From positions 16,230,795-16,294,794 of the forward strand of contig NC_092670.1 of NCBI RefSeq assembly GCF_964355755.1: a DNA stretch of 64,000 bases, read 5' to 3'. Position numbers and translations under genes: made by a program. The stretch comes from Antedon mediterranea. Taxonomy: Eukaryota; Animalia; Echinodermata. Below are positions 43,712-56,693 of the stretch, piece by piece. Position 1 is the stretch's first letter. Each line of letters starts with the position of its first letter. Below the pieces are notes generated by a model that did not search any database, had not been told where the DNA came from, and worked only from the letters and a program-made list of their open reading frames with translations.

Positions 43712-46140
43712 TGTAGACCAGTCGACAAACTATAGTCTACACTAGTGTGTGCTTACTTCAGTGTAGTAGTCGGCAAACCGTAGTCTACACTAGTGCGTGT
43801 CTACTTCAGTGTAGACCAGTCGGCAAATTTCGGCCAACCGTAGTCTACACTAGTGCGTGCTTCAGTGTAGACCAGTCGGCAAACTTCGGCCAACCGTAGT
43901 CTACACTAGTTCGTGCTTACTTCAGTGTAGTAGTCGGCAAACCGTAGTCTACACTAGTCCGTTCTTACTACAGTGTAGACTAGTCGACAAACTTCGGCAA
44001 ACCGTAGTCTACACTAGTGCGTGCCTACTTCAGTGTATACCAGTCGACAAACTTCGGCAAACCGTAGTCTACACTAGTTCGTGCCTACTTCAGTGTAGAC
44101 CAGTCGACAAACTTCGGCAAACCGTAGTCTACACTAGTCCGTTCTTACTACAGTGTAGACTAGTCGACAAACTTCGGCCAACCGTAGTCTACACTAGTTC
44201 GTGCCTACTTCAGTGTAGACCAGTCGACAAACTTCGGCAAACCGTAGTCTACACTAGTCCGTTCTTACTACAGTGTAGACTAGTCGACAAACTTCGGCCA
44301 ACCGTAGTCTACACTAGTGCGTGCCTACTACAGTGTAGACTAGTCGACAAACTTCGGCAAACCGTAGTCTACACTAGTCCGTTCTTACTACAGTGTAGAC
44401 CAGTCGTCAAACTTCGGCAAACCGTAGTCTACACTAGTGCGTGCCTACTTCAGTGTATACCAGTCGACAAACTTCGGCAAACCGTAGTCTACACTAGTTC
44501 GTGCCTACTTCAGTGTAGACCACCAGTCGACAAACTTCGGCAAACTGTAGTCTACACTAGTGCGTGCCTACTACAGTGTAGACCAATCGACAAACTTCGG
44601 CAAACCGTAGTCTACACTAGTCCGTTCTTACTACAGTGTAGACCAGTCGACAAACTTCGGCAAACCGTAGTCTACACTAGTGCGTGCCTACTTCAGTGTA
44701 GACCAGTCGGCAAACTTCGGCAAACCGTAGTCTACACTAGTACGTGTCTACTTCAGTGTAGACCAGTCGGCAAACTTCGGCAAACCGTAGTCTACACTAG
44801 TGCGTGTCTACTTCAGTGTAGACCAGTCGACAAACTTCGGCAAACTGTAGTCTACACTAGTGCGTGCCTACTACAGTGTAGACCAGTCGACAAACTTCGG
44901 CAAACCGTAGTCTACACTAGTGCGTGCCTACTTCAGTGTAGACCAGTCGGCAAACTTCGGCAAACCGTAGTCTACACTAGTACGTGTCTACTTCAGTGTA
45001 GACCAGTCGGCAAACTTCGGCAAACCGTAGTCTACACTAGTGCGTGTCTACTTCAGTGTAGACCAGTCGACAAACTTCGGCAAACCGTAGTCTACACTAG
45101 TGCGTGTCTACTTCAGTGTAGACCAGTCGACAAACTTCGGCAAACCGTAGTCTACGCTAGTTCGTGCCTACTTCAGTGTAGACCACCAGTCGACAAACTT
45201 CGGCCAACCGTAGTCTACACTAGTTCGTGCCTACTTCAGTGTATACCAGTCGACAAACTTCGGCAAACCGTAGTCTACACTAGTACGTGTCTACTTCAGT
45301 GTAGACCAGTCGGCAAACTTCGGCAAACCGTAGTCTACACTAGTTCGTGCCTACTTCAGTGTATACCAGTCGGCAAACTTCGGCAAACCGTAGTCTACAC
45401 TAGTTCGTGCCTACTTCAGTGTAGACCAGTCGGCAAACTTCGGCAAACCGTAGTCTACACTAGTTCGTGCCTACTTTAGTGTAGACCAGTCGACAAACTT
45501 CGGCAAACCGTAGTCTACACTAGTGCGTGTCTACTTCAGTGTAGACTAGTCGTCAAACTTCGACAAACTGTAGTCTACACTAGTGCGTGCCTACTTCAGT
45601 GTAGACCAGTCGTCAAACTTCGGCAAACCGTAGTCTACACTAGTGCGTGTCTACTTCAGTGTAGACCAGTCGGCAAACTTCGGCCAACCGTAGTCTACAC
45701 TAGTACGTGTCTACTTCAGTGTAGACCAGTCGGCAAACTTCGGCAAACCGTAGTCTACACTAGTGCGTGTCTACTTCAGTGTAGACCAGTCGACAAACTT
45801 CGGCAAACCGTAGTCTACACTAGTACGTGTCTACTTCAGTGTAGACCAGTCGGCAAACTTCGGCAAACCGTAGTCTACACTAGTGCGTGTCTACTTCAGT
45901 GTACCAGTCGACAAACTTCGGCAAACCGTAGTCTACACTAGTGCGTGTCTACTTCAGTGTACCAGTAGACAAACTTCGGCCAACCGTAGTCTACACTAGT
46001 TCGTGCTTACTTCGGTGCAGACCAATCGACAAACTTCGGCAAACCGTAATCTACACTAGTGCGTTTCTACTTCAGTGTATACCAGTCGGCAAACTTCGGC
46101 AAACCGTAGTCTACACTGATGCATGCTTCTTACTTCAGTT
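43712..46140. repeat. 60-bp satellite array (about 40 units)
   Basis: Unit CAGTCGACAAACTTCGGCAAACCGTAGTCTACACTAGTGCGTGCCTACTTCAGTGTAGAC with internal inverted repeat GTCTACACT/AGTGTAGAC. Confidence 0.97.
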
Positions 46141-49057
46141 TAAACCAATCGACAAACAGCAGAAAACAAGTATACATACACTAGCAGACAGTTTGCTGAG
46201 TCTGCCAGTGTGTACTGGAATGTTGATAAACGTTGGAAACTAGTTTGCAGAAGTCTCCACTAGCAAATTCGGTAAAGTTCACTAGTGTAGACTAGGTTTA
46301 TTATCATCAGATAAACAGCCTTCTTTCGAAACGAAAATAAATATTCGTCCAAACAGATGTGAGCCCTCATAATTTATAACGCTCCCATAACTTGTTTCTG
46401 TTTAATTGCAATGCAATAATTGCTCGCCTTTAACATATTCGTAAATGAATAAACTAGAATAGAAGAGTATATAATTACTGCAGCAACTTAGATTACTTAT
46501 GTTATATTATTTATATTTAAAGCGGATGTACACAGAAAATGTACTTGTATTAGCTTTTACCTGTTATCGAACATCATTCAGATTCAGTAACCGTGTCCCT
46601 GTGGAGTACAAATTAAAAACTAGACGTCAGTTGAGTAATCGCAAGTTAATAGTAACGCACTCAAGATCGTGCTTCTGTGACGTCAACGCGTAACACAAAT
46701 GTACGCAGTGACATATACATCGTGAGCTTGTATAAGCAACATTAATAGAACGCGATCGGTAATATAATCGTGATGTTTGAACATGTATTTTCGGAAACAC
46801 TGTTTTCAAGACTTTCATGCCTCGTCATCATTCATGTTTTACAATAATGGCGGTATTAACTAGGCCCCGTGTCTTATCGTCGGGTTTGTTTTTTTCCCTC
46901 GAGCCAATCGGTTCAATATATTGCTTAACTGAAATGACGTATGTAAATTCTTCTGGCAACCATAAGTTGAATTTAGAGCAAACATACAAAAGGCGTCACT
47001 AGGCTTATATAAGATGATTACTTAATTTGGCAGTTTAAATATGAGCAATAATTAATTTAGCTTATGTAATGTTCGTTCTCTAATGACCAGGTTAACAAAT
47101 TTGCATCAGCTAAGGTATCATTCTTACTCGATCATTAAAGACCCGACGACACAACACGGACGTATGCTTTGCGCCTAAAACTGCATTGCGTCCAAATGGG
47201 ACCAAGCTTGAATAAAAGTAGCAACTTTTCCTTCACTCTATAACTACTGCTAATTCACTCTTTAAGGCCAATTCATTCGTGTGGTAACAGTAATTCTTGG
47301 TTCCCACTAGAGACGCAACACAAGGACGTTACGCAACGTAAGTGAATTATTCGAACTGTCGCTTGGTTAACACGCTGGCGTTGCGCTTACGTCATTGCGT
47401 TACGTTCTAGTGGGAAGCAAGCTTTTGCGGAAAACCGCGTAGCTGTCCAACGTAGAATCTGTACCTATCCTGAGCGGCAACCGCCCTTCCGTAGAAGGAT
47501 AGATTCTATATTTATATTACCGTTACCACTCGTCTGTGTAAATTGACCTTTAGTAATTATAGTACAATATATACTTAATCGTTTGATAATATTTTGATCA
47601 CTCGTCACATTGGCATCTTCTGTATATTACGTTAAATATTGTTCAGGTGTTTTTTAGCCGTTTTTTTATTTTATGAAATCGTGCTAATGAGTATCAGTAC
47701 TGTATGCTATTCTGGTCTCTGCTAAATCACTCTCGTGTTTAATAATTTATCTCAATGACACCCAACATTTTTTTTAGCGCGCGTATCAACTTTTTTCGCT
47801 CCTGTTTATTTGTGTTATTAATAGATTATCTATCTTTAATTATTGTTCAAATGATTGTTTAGCATATTGATCCATTTTAAATACCCGATACTAATTCCAA
47901 CTAGTAATCTTTGTCTGATTTCCTTCTGTAAAGCTCTACACTATCAACCTAGTTTGACAACAAAAAGTGTGATGTGCCCGAATATGGTTGTGATATGCCC
48001 AAATATGGTTGTGATATGCCCAAATATGGTAGTGATATGACATCATCATGTCCATATATGGGCACATTACATTTTTTTTATCACATAAAGTCTGATAGTG
48101 TAGACAGAGCTTATGTCGGATACTTGTACATATTTTACGTTTCCCCGTGGAATCAACAGCCGACAAACCCACTTCTGCGTTCAGTCATAATCCAGATTGA
48201 TCATTTTCCATTAATGTTATGAGGATGTGTTCATCGAATGCTGCCTCAGGCGCACCCATTTTGCTTTTCTCTGAGTGGAATTCAAAAGAAATAATTCGAT
48301 CATCTATTGTCGTATCATTATCATTCTATACTAAAATGTGTAAAGTTGAATTCGTTCTACGTAATAGCATCGCTATTTAATTAATCAAATCGCAGAAATA
48401 ACCGACATTTGCACATGCCGGTGATGGCTGTGAGCAGAATTCGTGAATTATTTTCTCAATATCTAAAGAGCGATCATAAGAATTGAATCCCTTATAAAGG
48501 GATTTATGTTCTGTATAACTATTAAAATGAAATCAATCAGTTGATAAATTATAGGTTCAAAACCAACAAATGTTTTCATTTCAATATCTAGTTTTGTTCA
48601 AACTAAAGTTCTGTTTACACTCTATCATCGGTGAATTTATCAGTTTTTCTCTGTCTAAAGCTCTGTCTACATTATCAAAGTTTATGTGACAAACAAAATG
48701 TGATGCGCCCATGTATGGACGTGATGATGTCATATCACTACCATATTTGGGCATATCACTACCATATTTATGTACATCACACTTTTTTTGTCAAACTAGT
48801 TTGATATAGTGTAAACACAGAACTTTAGACGCGTCGCGTCCTAGAGTGGGAAACTCAAAAACCTATTCTATGGAAATGCATGTAGAATTCTTTTTTTAAA
48901 TATTAATTACATAACATTTGAACGGATTTATATGTTTATCCACAAATGTTTATAATATTAAAAATGGATAAATACTAAACTATCTTCCGAATGGTATTGG
49001 TTTGGTGTGGCGGTCAAACTCCGGTTTACCAAAATATTAATGTCTCCTACGACATGA

Positions 49058-49271
49058 GTTAGGAGTTGGGTAGCCGAGTGGTTGACTGTCATACAGAGAG
49101 CCCCGGATTCAATTCCCGACAACTCGGTCCACTCAGCTGTAAATGAGTACCTGGTTGAAAAATAAGGTGTGGAAAGGAACTGGTCATCCTAACACATAAT
49201 GCTTAACAGATAATGCTTAACAGCTCATTCCCCTACGTTCAGAATGAATACGGGACTCGCCTTTCCGTCCT
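49058..49271 (+). mobile_element. tRNA-derived SINE with a Nin/Deu-like central domain
   Basis: A box TAGCCGAGTGG, B-box-like GGATTCAATTCC, central GTCCACTCAGCTGTAAATGAGTACCTG, and a 10-bp TSD TACGACATGA at 49048-49057 and 49272-49281. Confidence 0.78.
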
Positions 49272-49512
49272 TACGACATGACGCTTAAAATAATAAGGTT
49301 TGCGGTGTTATTAATTGAGAAGACGGTTTTCAATGATTGAAGCGTTTTCGATCAATATATACAACTCCACATATTATTAAACACTCAGCAATTGCAGTAG
49401 TAATAATAACCCTATAATTTGAAAACTCCAGGTTGTCTATTACTAATTATTTTAACGCATTCGATTCTCTTAGTAAACGTTATTATGTATTGTAAACATA
49501 TCCACCCTATAC

Positions 49513-50017
49513 ATACGCGTTTACCAAACAATCTACCTAAATGCGTTTAAGTTTTATTTTTTATCTTGAACAAAACAAAATCTACCTAGACGCGTTAAGT
49601 TTTATTGTTCATCGTGACCAAAACATTCTACCTAACGCGTTTGAAGTTTTATTGTTCATCATGACCAAACAATCTACCTAAACGCGTTTAAGTTTTATTG
49701 TTCATCATGACCAAAACAATCTACTTAAACGCGTTTAACTTTGGTTCGTCATGACCAACACAATCTAGCTTAATCAGCCTACCCGAAACGCGTTTAACTT
49801 TTGTTCAATCGTCATGACCAACACAATCTAGCTCAATCAGCCTACCCGAAACGCGTTTAACTTTTGTTCAATCGTCATGACCAACACAATCTAGCTTAAT
49901 CAGCCTACCCGAAACGCGTTTAAGCTCTATTGAATGTATATCTTGGTCTGAAAAGCTAGTACATAAAGTCTGTTGTTCGCCAAAACCAACACAATCTACT
50001 ACCTAAACGCGTTTAAC
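49513..50017. repeat. Degenerate 40-52 bp tandem repeat
   Basis: Recurring ACGCGTTTAA...TCATGACCAA..CAATCTA.CT. Confidence 0.85.
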
Positions 50018-51196
50018 CAGGGAAGTTTCTTTTCTCTGGTTTAACTTCGTATGTTCACAAACAAACCCGCGTTTAGGTTTTTCCAGCACAAATGCAGCGG
50101 CCGAATGTCTCGTCATTGATAAAATATGCTTTTTATCGACCATGTCTTTTGAATGATTAGCTGCATTTCCTGTTTTTAACTGGACAATATTCCAATTACC
50201 TGCCATGTATTACACTTCTCAGGAAATTCGTAATTAACTACATCAACATTTGTTCTCTGATGATGCGAATAGCCCTAAGGGAGTCAGCTTCAAATGAGAC
50301 CCGGCTGCGTATCTTGATTTATCTCATTTGGAAAAAAGGCGCGCACCTGCAGTCGCAACTCCTGTAGGGGCTGCGCTCTGTCGTCTGTAGGCCTTGCAAC
50401 AAGTACTGCAGTGCAACACTCCTGTGCATGTACGGATAATCATGGAGAAAAGTAATTACTCCATGTGATAATGATAATTAAAAGGTCTAACAGCACCTGC
50501 AGTAATTCTTAGCCGTGTGCGCATCGTGAGTAGCACACACAGCGCATCATAAGACGGTCTTGCAACGCTTCTAGTGCATCATGGTCGGGTCTTTAGCGTG
50601 TCTTGTTATGCTAATGATGATTAGTAAGTATTAGAGTGTATAATGTTTGTTTCGGATTTCACATCACGTCGTTCCCGTAGGCCTAATATTTCTATATTGA
50701 CATAGTTTCTGGAGTTTTTTTTTATGATGAACTTCGGAACTTTCGTTAATATATCAAATTACTGACGTAATCTTCATGTTCACACTTTATTGTCAAACTG
50801 TTCATGATGTGACCGGTCGTTGCTTTCAAATTGTTAATGATGTGACCGGGCGTTCGTTTCAAACTGTTAATGACGTGACCGGTCGTTGCTTCCATCGACG
50901 ACAACGCTCGTCACATCCTGACTTCACTCTTGCTTGGTTTCCACTATAGACGCAACACAAGAACGTAACGTAAGTGAGTTGACCAATCACAAGCGATGGA
51001 TTATTCGGACTCTCGGTTGTCATTGGTCAACACGCTTGGTTTGCGTTTACTTCCTTGCGTTTCGTCCTAATGGTAACTAAGCTTTAATAACAGGCGTTTA
51101 TTTTATCCCTATTCAATGTCGTAATCTTTGAAACAACAAACTTTGACGGCTAACGCTACGACGGTAACGCGAAACAGTCGCGTTTAACCGCCTTAA

Positions 51197-51543
51197 AGCT
51201 TGGTTCCCACTAGAACGTAACGCAAGGACGTAAACGCAACGCAAGCGTTTTAACCAATGACAAGCGAAGTTGCAATCACAAGCGAATAAGCCATCGCTTG
51301 TGATTGGTCAATTCACTTGCGTTGCGTTACGTCCTTGCGTTGCGTCGCTAGTGAGAACCAACTAGCACGCGACGTATCGACGCAACGTGCTGTATTGCGT
51401 AATCACAAGTGGGAACCGACGATGCAACTTTGTTGCAAACATCGCAGGTTTGATTTCACGCAGGCGGGGGATCGGAAAACACAATTATTGAAAGGGCATT
51501 GCTTGGGTTGCGTTACGTTGCGTCGCTAGTGGGAACCACGCTT
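51197..51543. mobile_element. Tourist/Harbinger-like MITE family 2 (TIR AGCTTGGTTCCCACTAG), composite copy
   Basis: GCTTGGTTCCCACTAG...CTAGTGGGAACCA, rich in ACGCAACG/CGTTGCGT. Related copies at about 11280-11432, 16272-16570, 47296-47423, 50932-51083, 52150-52240, 53691-53970. Confidence 0.8.
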
Positions 51544-54269
51544 TAGCGTCAACCGTCGTCGTTTTCGTCAATTCTGTAATTCGTATTGCGTCATCTATGC
51601 ATTTTCGTTGAAATAACTATCTACTCCATACAAATACAATACCACAATTCAAACATGAAATAATAATAACTACAACAATAGTACAATCATAAATTAATGA
51701 TGTGAATGTTGAATGCCGTCAGCCGTCTCTGTTCTAATTAAAACCTAGAAATACACAATCAACAAGCAATATAGCAGCTTGCAATAGGTTTAAAACGAAG
51801 AGAACAAAAATAATGCACTATTATGAATAAAGGTTACTTTATTGGAGCATGTCAATTCACAGTATCCCAATATTGTATGGAACGCCGATAACCTAACGAC
51901 AACATTAAATATGTATTATTTTTATTGAAAAAGTTAATAACCTATCAACCATAGCATACTATATGAAACCACTACTGATTGATTAATTGGCCTGATGCTT
52001 TTCCTACTCTGACGTAACTGTGTACGTACGGTATGCATTTACTCGGTACATTGAGCGACACAAACACGTGCTCTAAAAATGTACTTTGGTATGGACTACA
52101 GTATAATTAAGTCAGTTTTAGGCAAACTATCTGAGCAATTAACTTAGCTCCCAGACGCAAAACTAGACCGATCCATCGCATCGTGATTGTTCAAAGTTTG
52201 CGTTGCGCTTACGTTATTGTGTTACGTCAGAATGAGAACCAATCACATCAGCCTGTGAGGAGATATTGCAACTCACCAATGTGCTACGTCATTTTAAGTA
52301 CAGTATTACAAACGACATTATATACATTAACAATTTAATATAAGCCATACTGTTTATATTATTTTTAAATAAATATACAAATTACCTTTATATTAATAAT
52401 ATTGCATGTTATAGACTTTACAATAAGACATTTTCCTCTACTAAATATAAAACTCTACCTGAACTAGTAATAAGTCGAACACTACTGTGCTATAGCGAGC
52501 AATCTCGTTTGAGTTGTTTGTGGCCTATTTGATACACTTCGAGTAGCAGCGCAATAAAACAATACACTATTTTATTACATATTGTTACCTGGTTATAAAT
52601 ATTTTGTACTAACCCATTGGAGAACAAACACCGCCAGTGTGAACGGAGCATTACAACCACTCGGAGTGCATTTACACGATTCTATACTTGCTTACCACAG
52701 CACACCTAACGTTCTGATTAAAGCAACATATCGGACGCTTACAGTCGCGTTTCAAAGTTTTAAAGTACAGAAATTTAATTAAAATTTCAATGTGAAAAAT
52801 GATTAAACATTAATTACTAATGAGAGGCCTACAACAAAATTATATTCAATCATTCATCCATTCCAATATTGAACAGAACAGTCTTAGTTATCGACGTCAA
52901 ACAGTCTCACGTAAATGGTCTTTGGTCTCTGTTTGTCGGTCGGTCCCTTTGTCGATCTATCTCAATCGCATCAACTGTCGTGAAACTCAATTTTAAAAGT
53001 TGACCGATACTTTATAATTGTGTTTACTTTAACTCGTGTTCGATAAAAAGTGTACCACCTCGCAAAGGGCAAGTGTGTATGTGGTTATAAACTAAAATAC
53101 GGATAATTTCACTGCAGCTTGGTAGGCCTATATAACACGCATATGCCACGGATATAGATAAGGCTTGGGTAGGGGTTATGTTTGTTACTAGTGCAGTGCA
53201 ATTTAATGTTTTATGTTATTTATAACAAACTTTTATGTAATTACGTCGTAATGATCATGGGGATAGCACTGCGTTGGATATAGCCGCCAATGTAATATAG
53301 AACTATGCATGGGGAATACATTTTGTTTACGTTAGTACTTTAACAAGCAGTTTTTGAATTGTAGATTTTGATCACTTAAACATTAAAAAGGATATTGTAT
53401 CAAGAATAATATTACGTTAAATCAACAGGGGCTTATACGTCCTTGTAGGGATGCCGTCCAAAGCAGCGACGGTCCTCTTTTAAAATTATTCCTTATAAAT
53501 TGTTTAAATACAATTTATCGTTGTGACGTTATTCTATCTCATGCGATATTCAAGTTTAATTACAGTAGTAGGCTACGCAAGTTTTTATCGCATTGTAGCA
53601 TTTTTAAAGTTTCAGCGGAGATTTTAATGATAAACTGAACCGTATTCTTAGGAGTGTGTATACAATGCTACTGCTAAAAAAGGTTCTCCTAAAGTTTGAT
53701 TCTCCCTTGGATTTAACACAAGCACGACGCGTAAGCGCATCGCGAGTAATTTGACCAATCACGACGAGATGGATCATCAGAATGCGTTGTGCTTACGTCG
53801 TTGCGCTGCATCCAATGGTTGCCACTAGGATGCAACGCAAGGATGTGGACGAAACTCAAACGGGTTTGACCATTGACAAGCGACAGTCGAATAAATCCAT
53901 CGCGTGTGATAGGTCAAATCCTTTACGTTGCGTTACGTCGTTGTGTTGCGTCTCTAGTGGGAACCAAGCTTAAGTAAATCGAAGGCATTTCGCAGAGATG
54001 AACGGTTGGTAGACTGACGTCAAGCATTCTTTAATGAATACTCGTACTAGTTTTCCACAAGAAGCAAATAGTAGGCTATATAAAAAACGATCAATTTTAT
54101 AGATGTTTACTTTTAAAAAAAATGTAATGTTTTGAAGTTGAGAGTGTTTGGTAGCCTTATTGGCTTATGCAGGTGATGTGTACGTGCGCACGCCTCGGTA
54201 ACGTGTACGTACGCATACTCTGATCACTGCCTTTTCCATGCGTGCACGTGGGCATCGTCACAGTCACGT

Positions 54270-55304
54270 TTAAACTGATCTTAGAGCAATCTTTGATGTT
54301 GACCTGCTACTCTTTTTAGATTCACGCCATCTGTTGAACTTATTTGTCAGCAATGTATATAGTAATGGATTTACACAACTATTTATGTACGAAAGAATTA
54401 TGCAGAATAAACCAAGAGGACGATTGTGTATTCCGTCTTCTGTGTATAAGTTCACCATTGCAAACGTCCAAAACGGGATGTAACACACCCAGAATGCTAA
54501 AACAATCAGAAACACGACGGTGACAACACGACGTTTACTTCGTCGTAGGTTCTTATTCAAACTCGCACCGACCTGTCCTACGGTTCTCCAGAAATGAATT
54601 AAAAGTGATGCGTAGACTAATGACATCATCACGGATGGGATAACCAGGACGATTACAAATACTGCTGTAAAGTATTTTTTGTAAACCTCTTCCGATTGTG
54701 TCCAGTCGCACATCGTCTTACCCTCATCTTCGTAGAACTTCGTTTCGTAGTTCAGACAGTACGGTAGAGCAATGGCTATAATTCCAATTGCCCAGAGGCA
54801 GCCGCAGACCCAACGCGAACAGGGCACGCTTCGGCACTGTAGCGATTTCATCGGGTACACTATTGCAACAAAACGTTCAATGCTCATCGCTACTAGAATG
54901 TACGCACCCACGAACATGACCACAAAGTCAATACTGAATACCACTTTGCAACCTATCGCACCAAACGGCCAACCAGCCGGCAAGTGGTTCCCAATCGTAA
55001 AAAATAGATACGCTAATATGTACGTGAGATCTGCGACGGCAAGGTTCATTACATAAGTGTTGATAGTGCTAATTGACAATCGAGAGCTAGGCCGGCATGT
55101 CATACACAAGACGAAACAGTTTCCAGTCACTCCAACGACAAACACGACGCACAACGCCGTCCATGATATGATACTAAAGACGAGTTCGTTACCTGAAGAT
55201 GTATCGTTACCAGCTACAGATTCCGCCGGTGTAGGCGAAATGGAAACATTGTTGCCGTAAAGGTAACCAGGCGTTGGTCCCACGATTTGTTGAGGTAAAG
55301 CCAT
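54270..55304 (-). CDS. Class A (rhodopsin-like) peptide GPCR, urotensin II receptor-like (somatostatin/MCH/UII receptor group), single coding exon, 344 aa
   Basis: Seven hydrophobic segments. GN (TM1), NLAVAD (TM2), WPFG..GC, acidic residue in TM3 (SIDF), ERF for DRY, FWVCYIPFW (TM6), NSCVNPLLY (TM7), N-terminal NxS/T sites. Probable 5' UTR splice acceptor (TTTGCAG on -) at about 55488. Confidence 0.93.
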   Translation of the reverse strand: MALPQQIVGPTPGYLYGNNVSISPTPAESVAGNDTSSGNELVFSIISWTALCVVFVVGVTGNCFVLCMTCRPSSRLSISTINTYVMNLAVADLTYILAYLFFTIGNHLPAGWPFGAIGCKVVFSIDFVVMFVGAYILVAMSIERFVAIVYPMKSLQCRSVPCSRWVCGCLWAIGIIAIALPYCLNYETKFYEDEGKTMCDWTQSEEVYKKYFTAVFVIVLVIPSVMMSLVYASLLIHFWRTVGQVGASLNKNLRRSKRRVVTVVFLIVLAFWVCYIPFWTFAMVNLYTEDGIHNRPLGLFCIILSYINSCVNPLLYTLLTNKFNRWRESKKSSRSTSKIALRSV

Positions 55305-56282
55305 CTTACCAATCGTTCAGATTATTCCCTAGCTGTTCTTTCAGAATAATTATACGTAGAACCCAAAGAAATTACTGCAGGAACGTCCAGATGCAATGCA
55401 AACAAATTCAATTTGATTGTTCTTTAATTGTTACCACCTAATTCCATGTATAGCCGACTCAGTTGTCAGAATTTTTTATTTTTTTCCCTGCAAATATAAA
55501 AAAAGAATTGATTAGTGTTAGTTGTAGTTCACATGACCGTGGATGGTATTAGCATAATAAATAAATGTCTCTATGGTATTAGCTACGACTCAATGAGGCC
55601 GTTCCCACGTACACGGATTATCAAAATGTGTGTCTTTGGTATTTTTTGGGAAACTATTCAAATTTAAGTTTTAAGTGACGTTTTTTTTGGGGTGGTTTCT
55701 TAACCCAATACCCACAAATCAATTGTAATTCAAAAACAATAGAAACGACAGCAAATCGACACTGCAGAGTATTCTTATGGCCCCTGGAGCTATTTCATTA
55801 GATTCGGTTGCACCATTTGGAACTAAAATGTCCACAAAATTATGAAATCCAGGCTTAAATTCCAATTCTTATACGAATATGGAATTAAGAAGTAAGAAAG
55901 TTAAACATGCTATATAAGTAAGTGTAAGCGTTTGATTCGTCATAGTGAAACATGATTATATCATAAATTAAGCCTCTAAATCTAAAGCATCTCTTTGACG
56001 CCCCAGAAATTAAAAAATTGGAGCAATATCCGAAAGAATAATAAGCGTAGTAATATAAGTAATAGAGAATGTGAAAGTGAAATATTAATAGCTTAATCCT
56101 CCTTGATGGCATTAATATTTCCCTTTTAGTAATGTATTTCATAGGCTGATTGGATTTCAATCATTTTCTTTTTATGTTAGAGACAAATGAAATCATTTTA
56201 AGTTTTTTTATTCACAAACAACAAAATAAGTAAAAACGTCGTTAGAGGAAGACGCATATGCTTTGTCCTCCAAAAAACACAT

Positions 56283-56693
56283 CACTGTAAAAATTGTGTT
56301 TAGACTTAAACACCTATTTTGTACCCACTTTTAGCTTTTAAACACGATTTACATGTTTAGCGTGTTTAAAACCTAAACGTGTTTATAGCTACATGTAGTT
56401 TTCCTACACTCGTTTAGCAGTCAACATGACACTATTATGTTCAGTCAACATGTTTAGGTATGTGTTTAGCGTTGCATGGCAAATTAAACACGTTTAAAAC
56501 CTAAACGTGTATTTATATTGCTCCACATGTTAAACAATCAACGCGTCACTGATGTGTTGAGTTGGATACAAACTACATGTTTAGAATGTATTTAGAACCT
56601 AAACATGTTCATATCTAAACATGTTTAAGGCTAAACGTGTGGAAATAGTGCGTAAACAATACATGTTTAAGATCTAACACTATTTTTAGAGTG
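56283..56693. mobile_element. MITE with CACTGTAAAAA-type TIRs (copy 2, inverted relative to copy 1)
   Basis: CACTGTAAAAATTGTGTT ... AACACTATTTTTAGAGTG. Shares GTCACTGATGTGTTGAGTTGGATACA etc. with copy 1. Confidence 0.8.

Noticed and set aside
43857-45479. 540-aa ORF, or a CRISPR-like array
   Set aside because: It is a translation of a 60-bp (3n) satellite from a non-ATG start, and the array continues past the stop. There are no unique spacers and no cas genes, and the context is eukaryotic.
50270-50600. GC-richer block with CACCTG and TAATTA motifs as an enhancer or exon
   Set aside because: No ORF or splice support, and short motifs alone are insufficient without conservation data.
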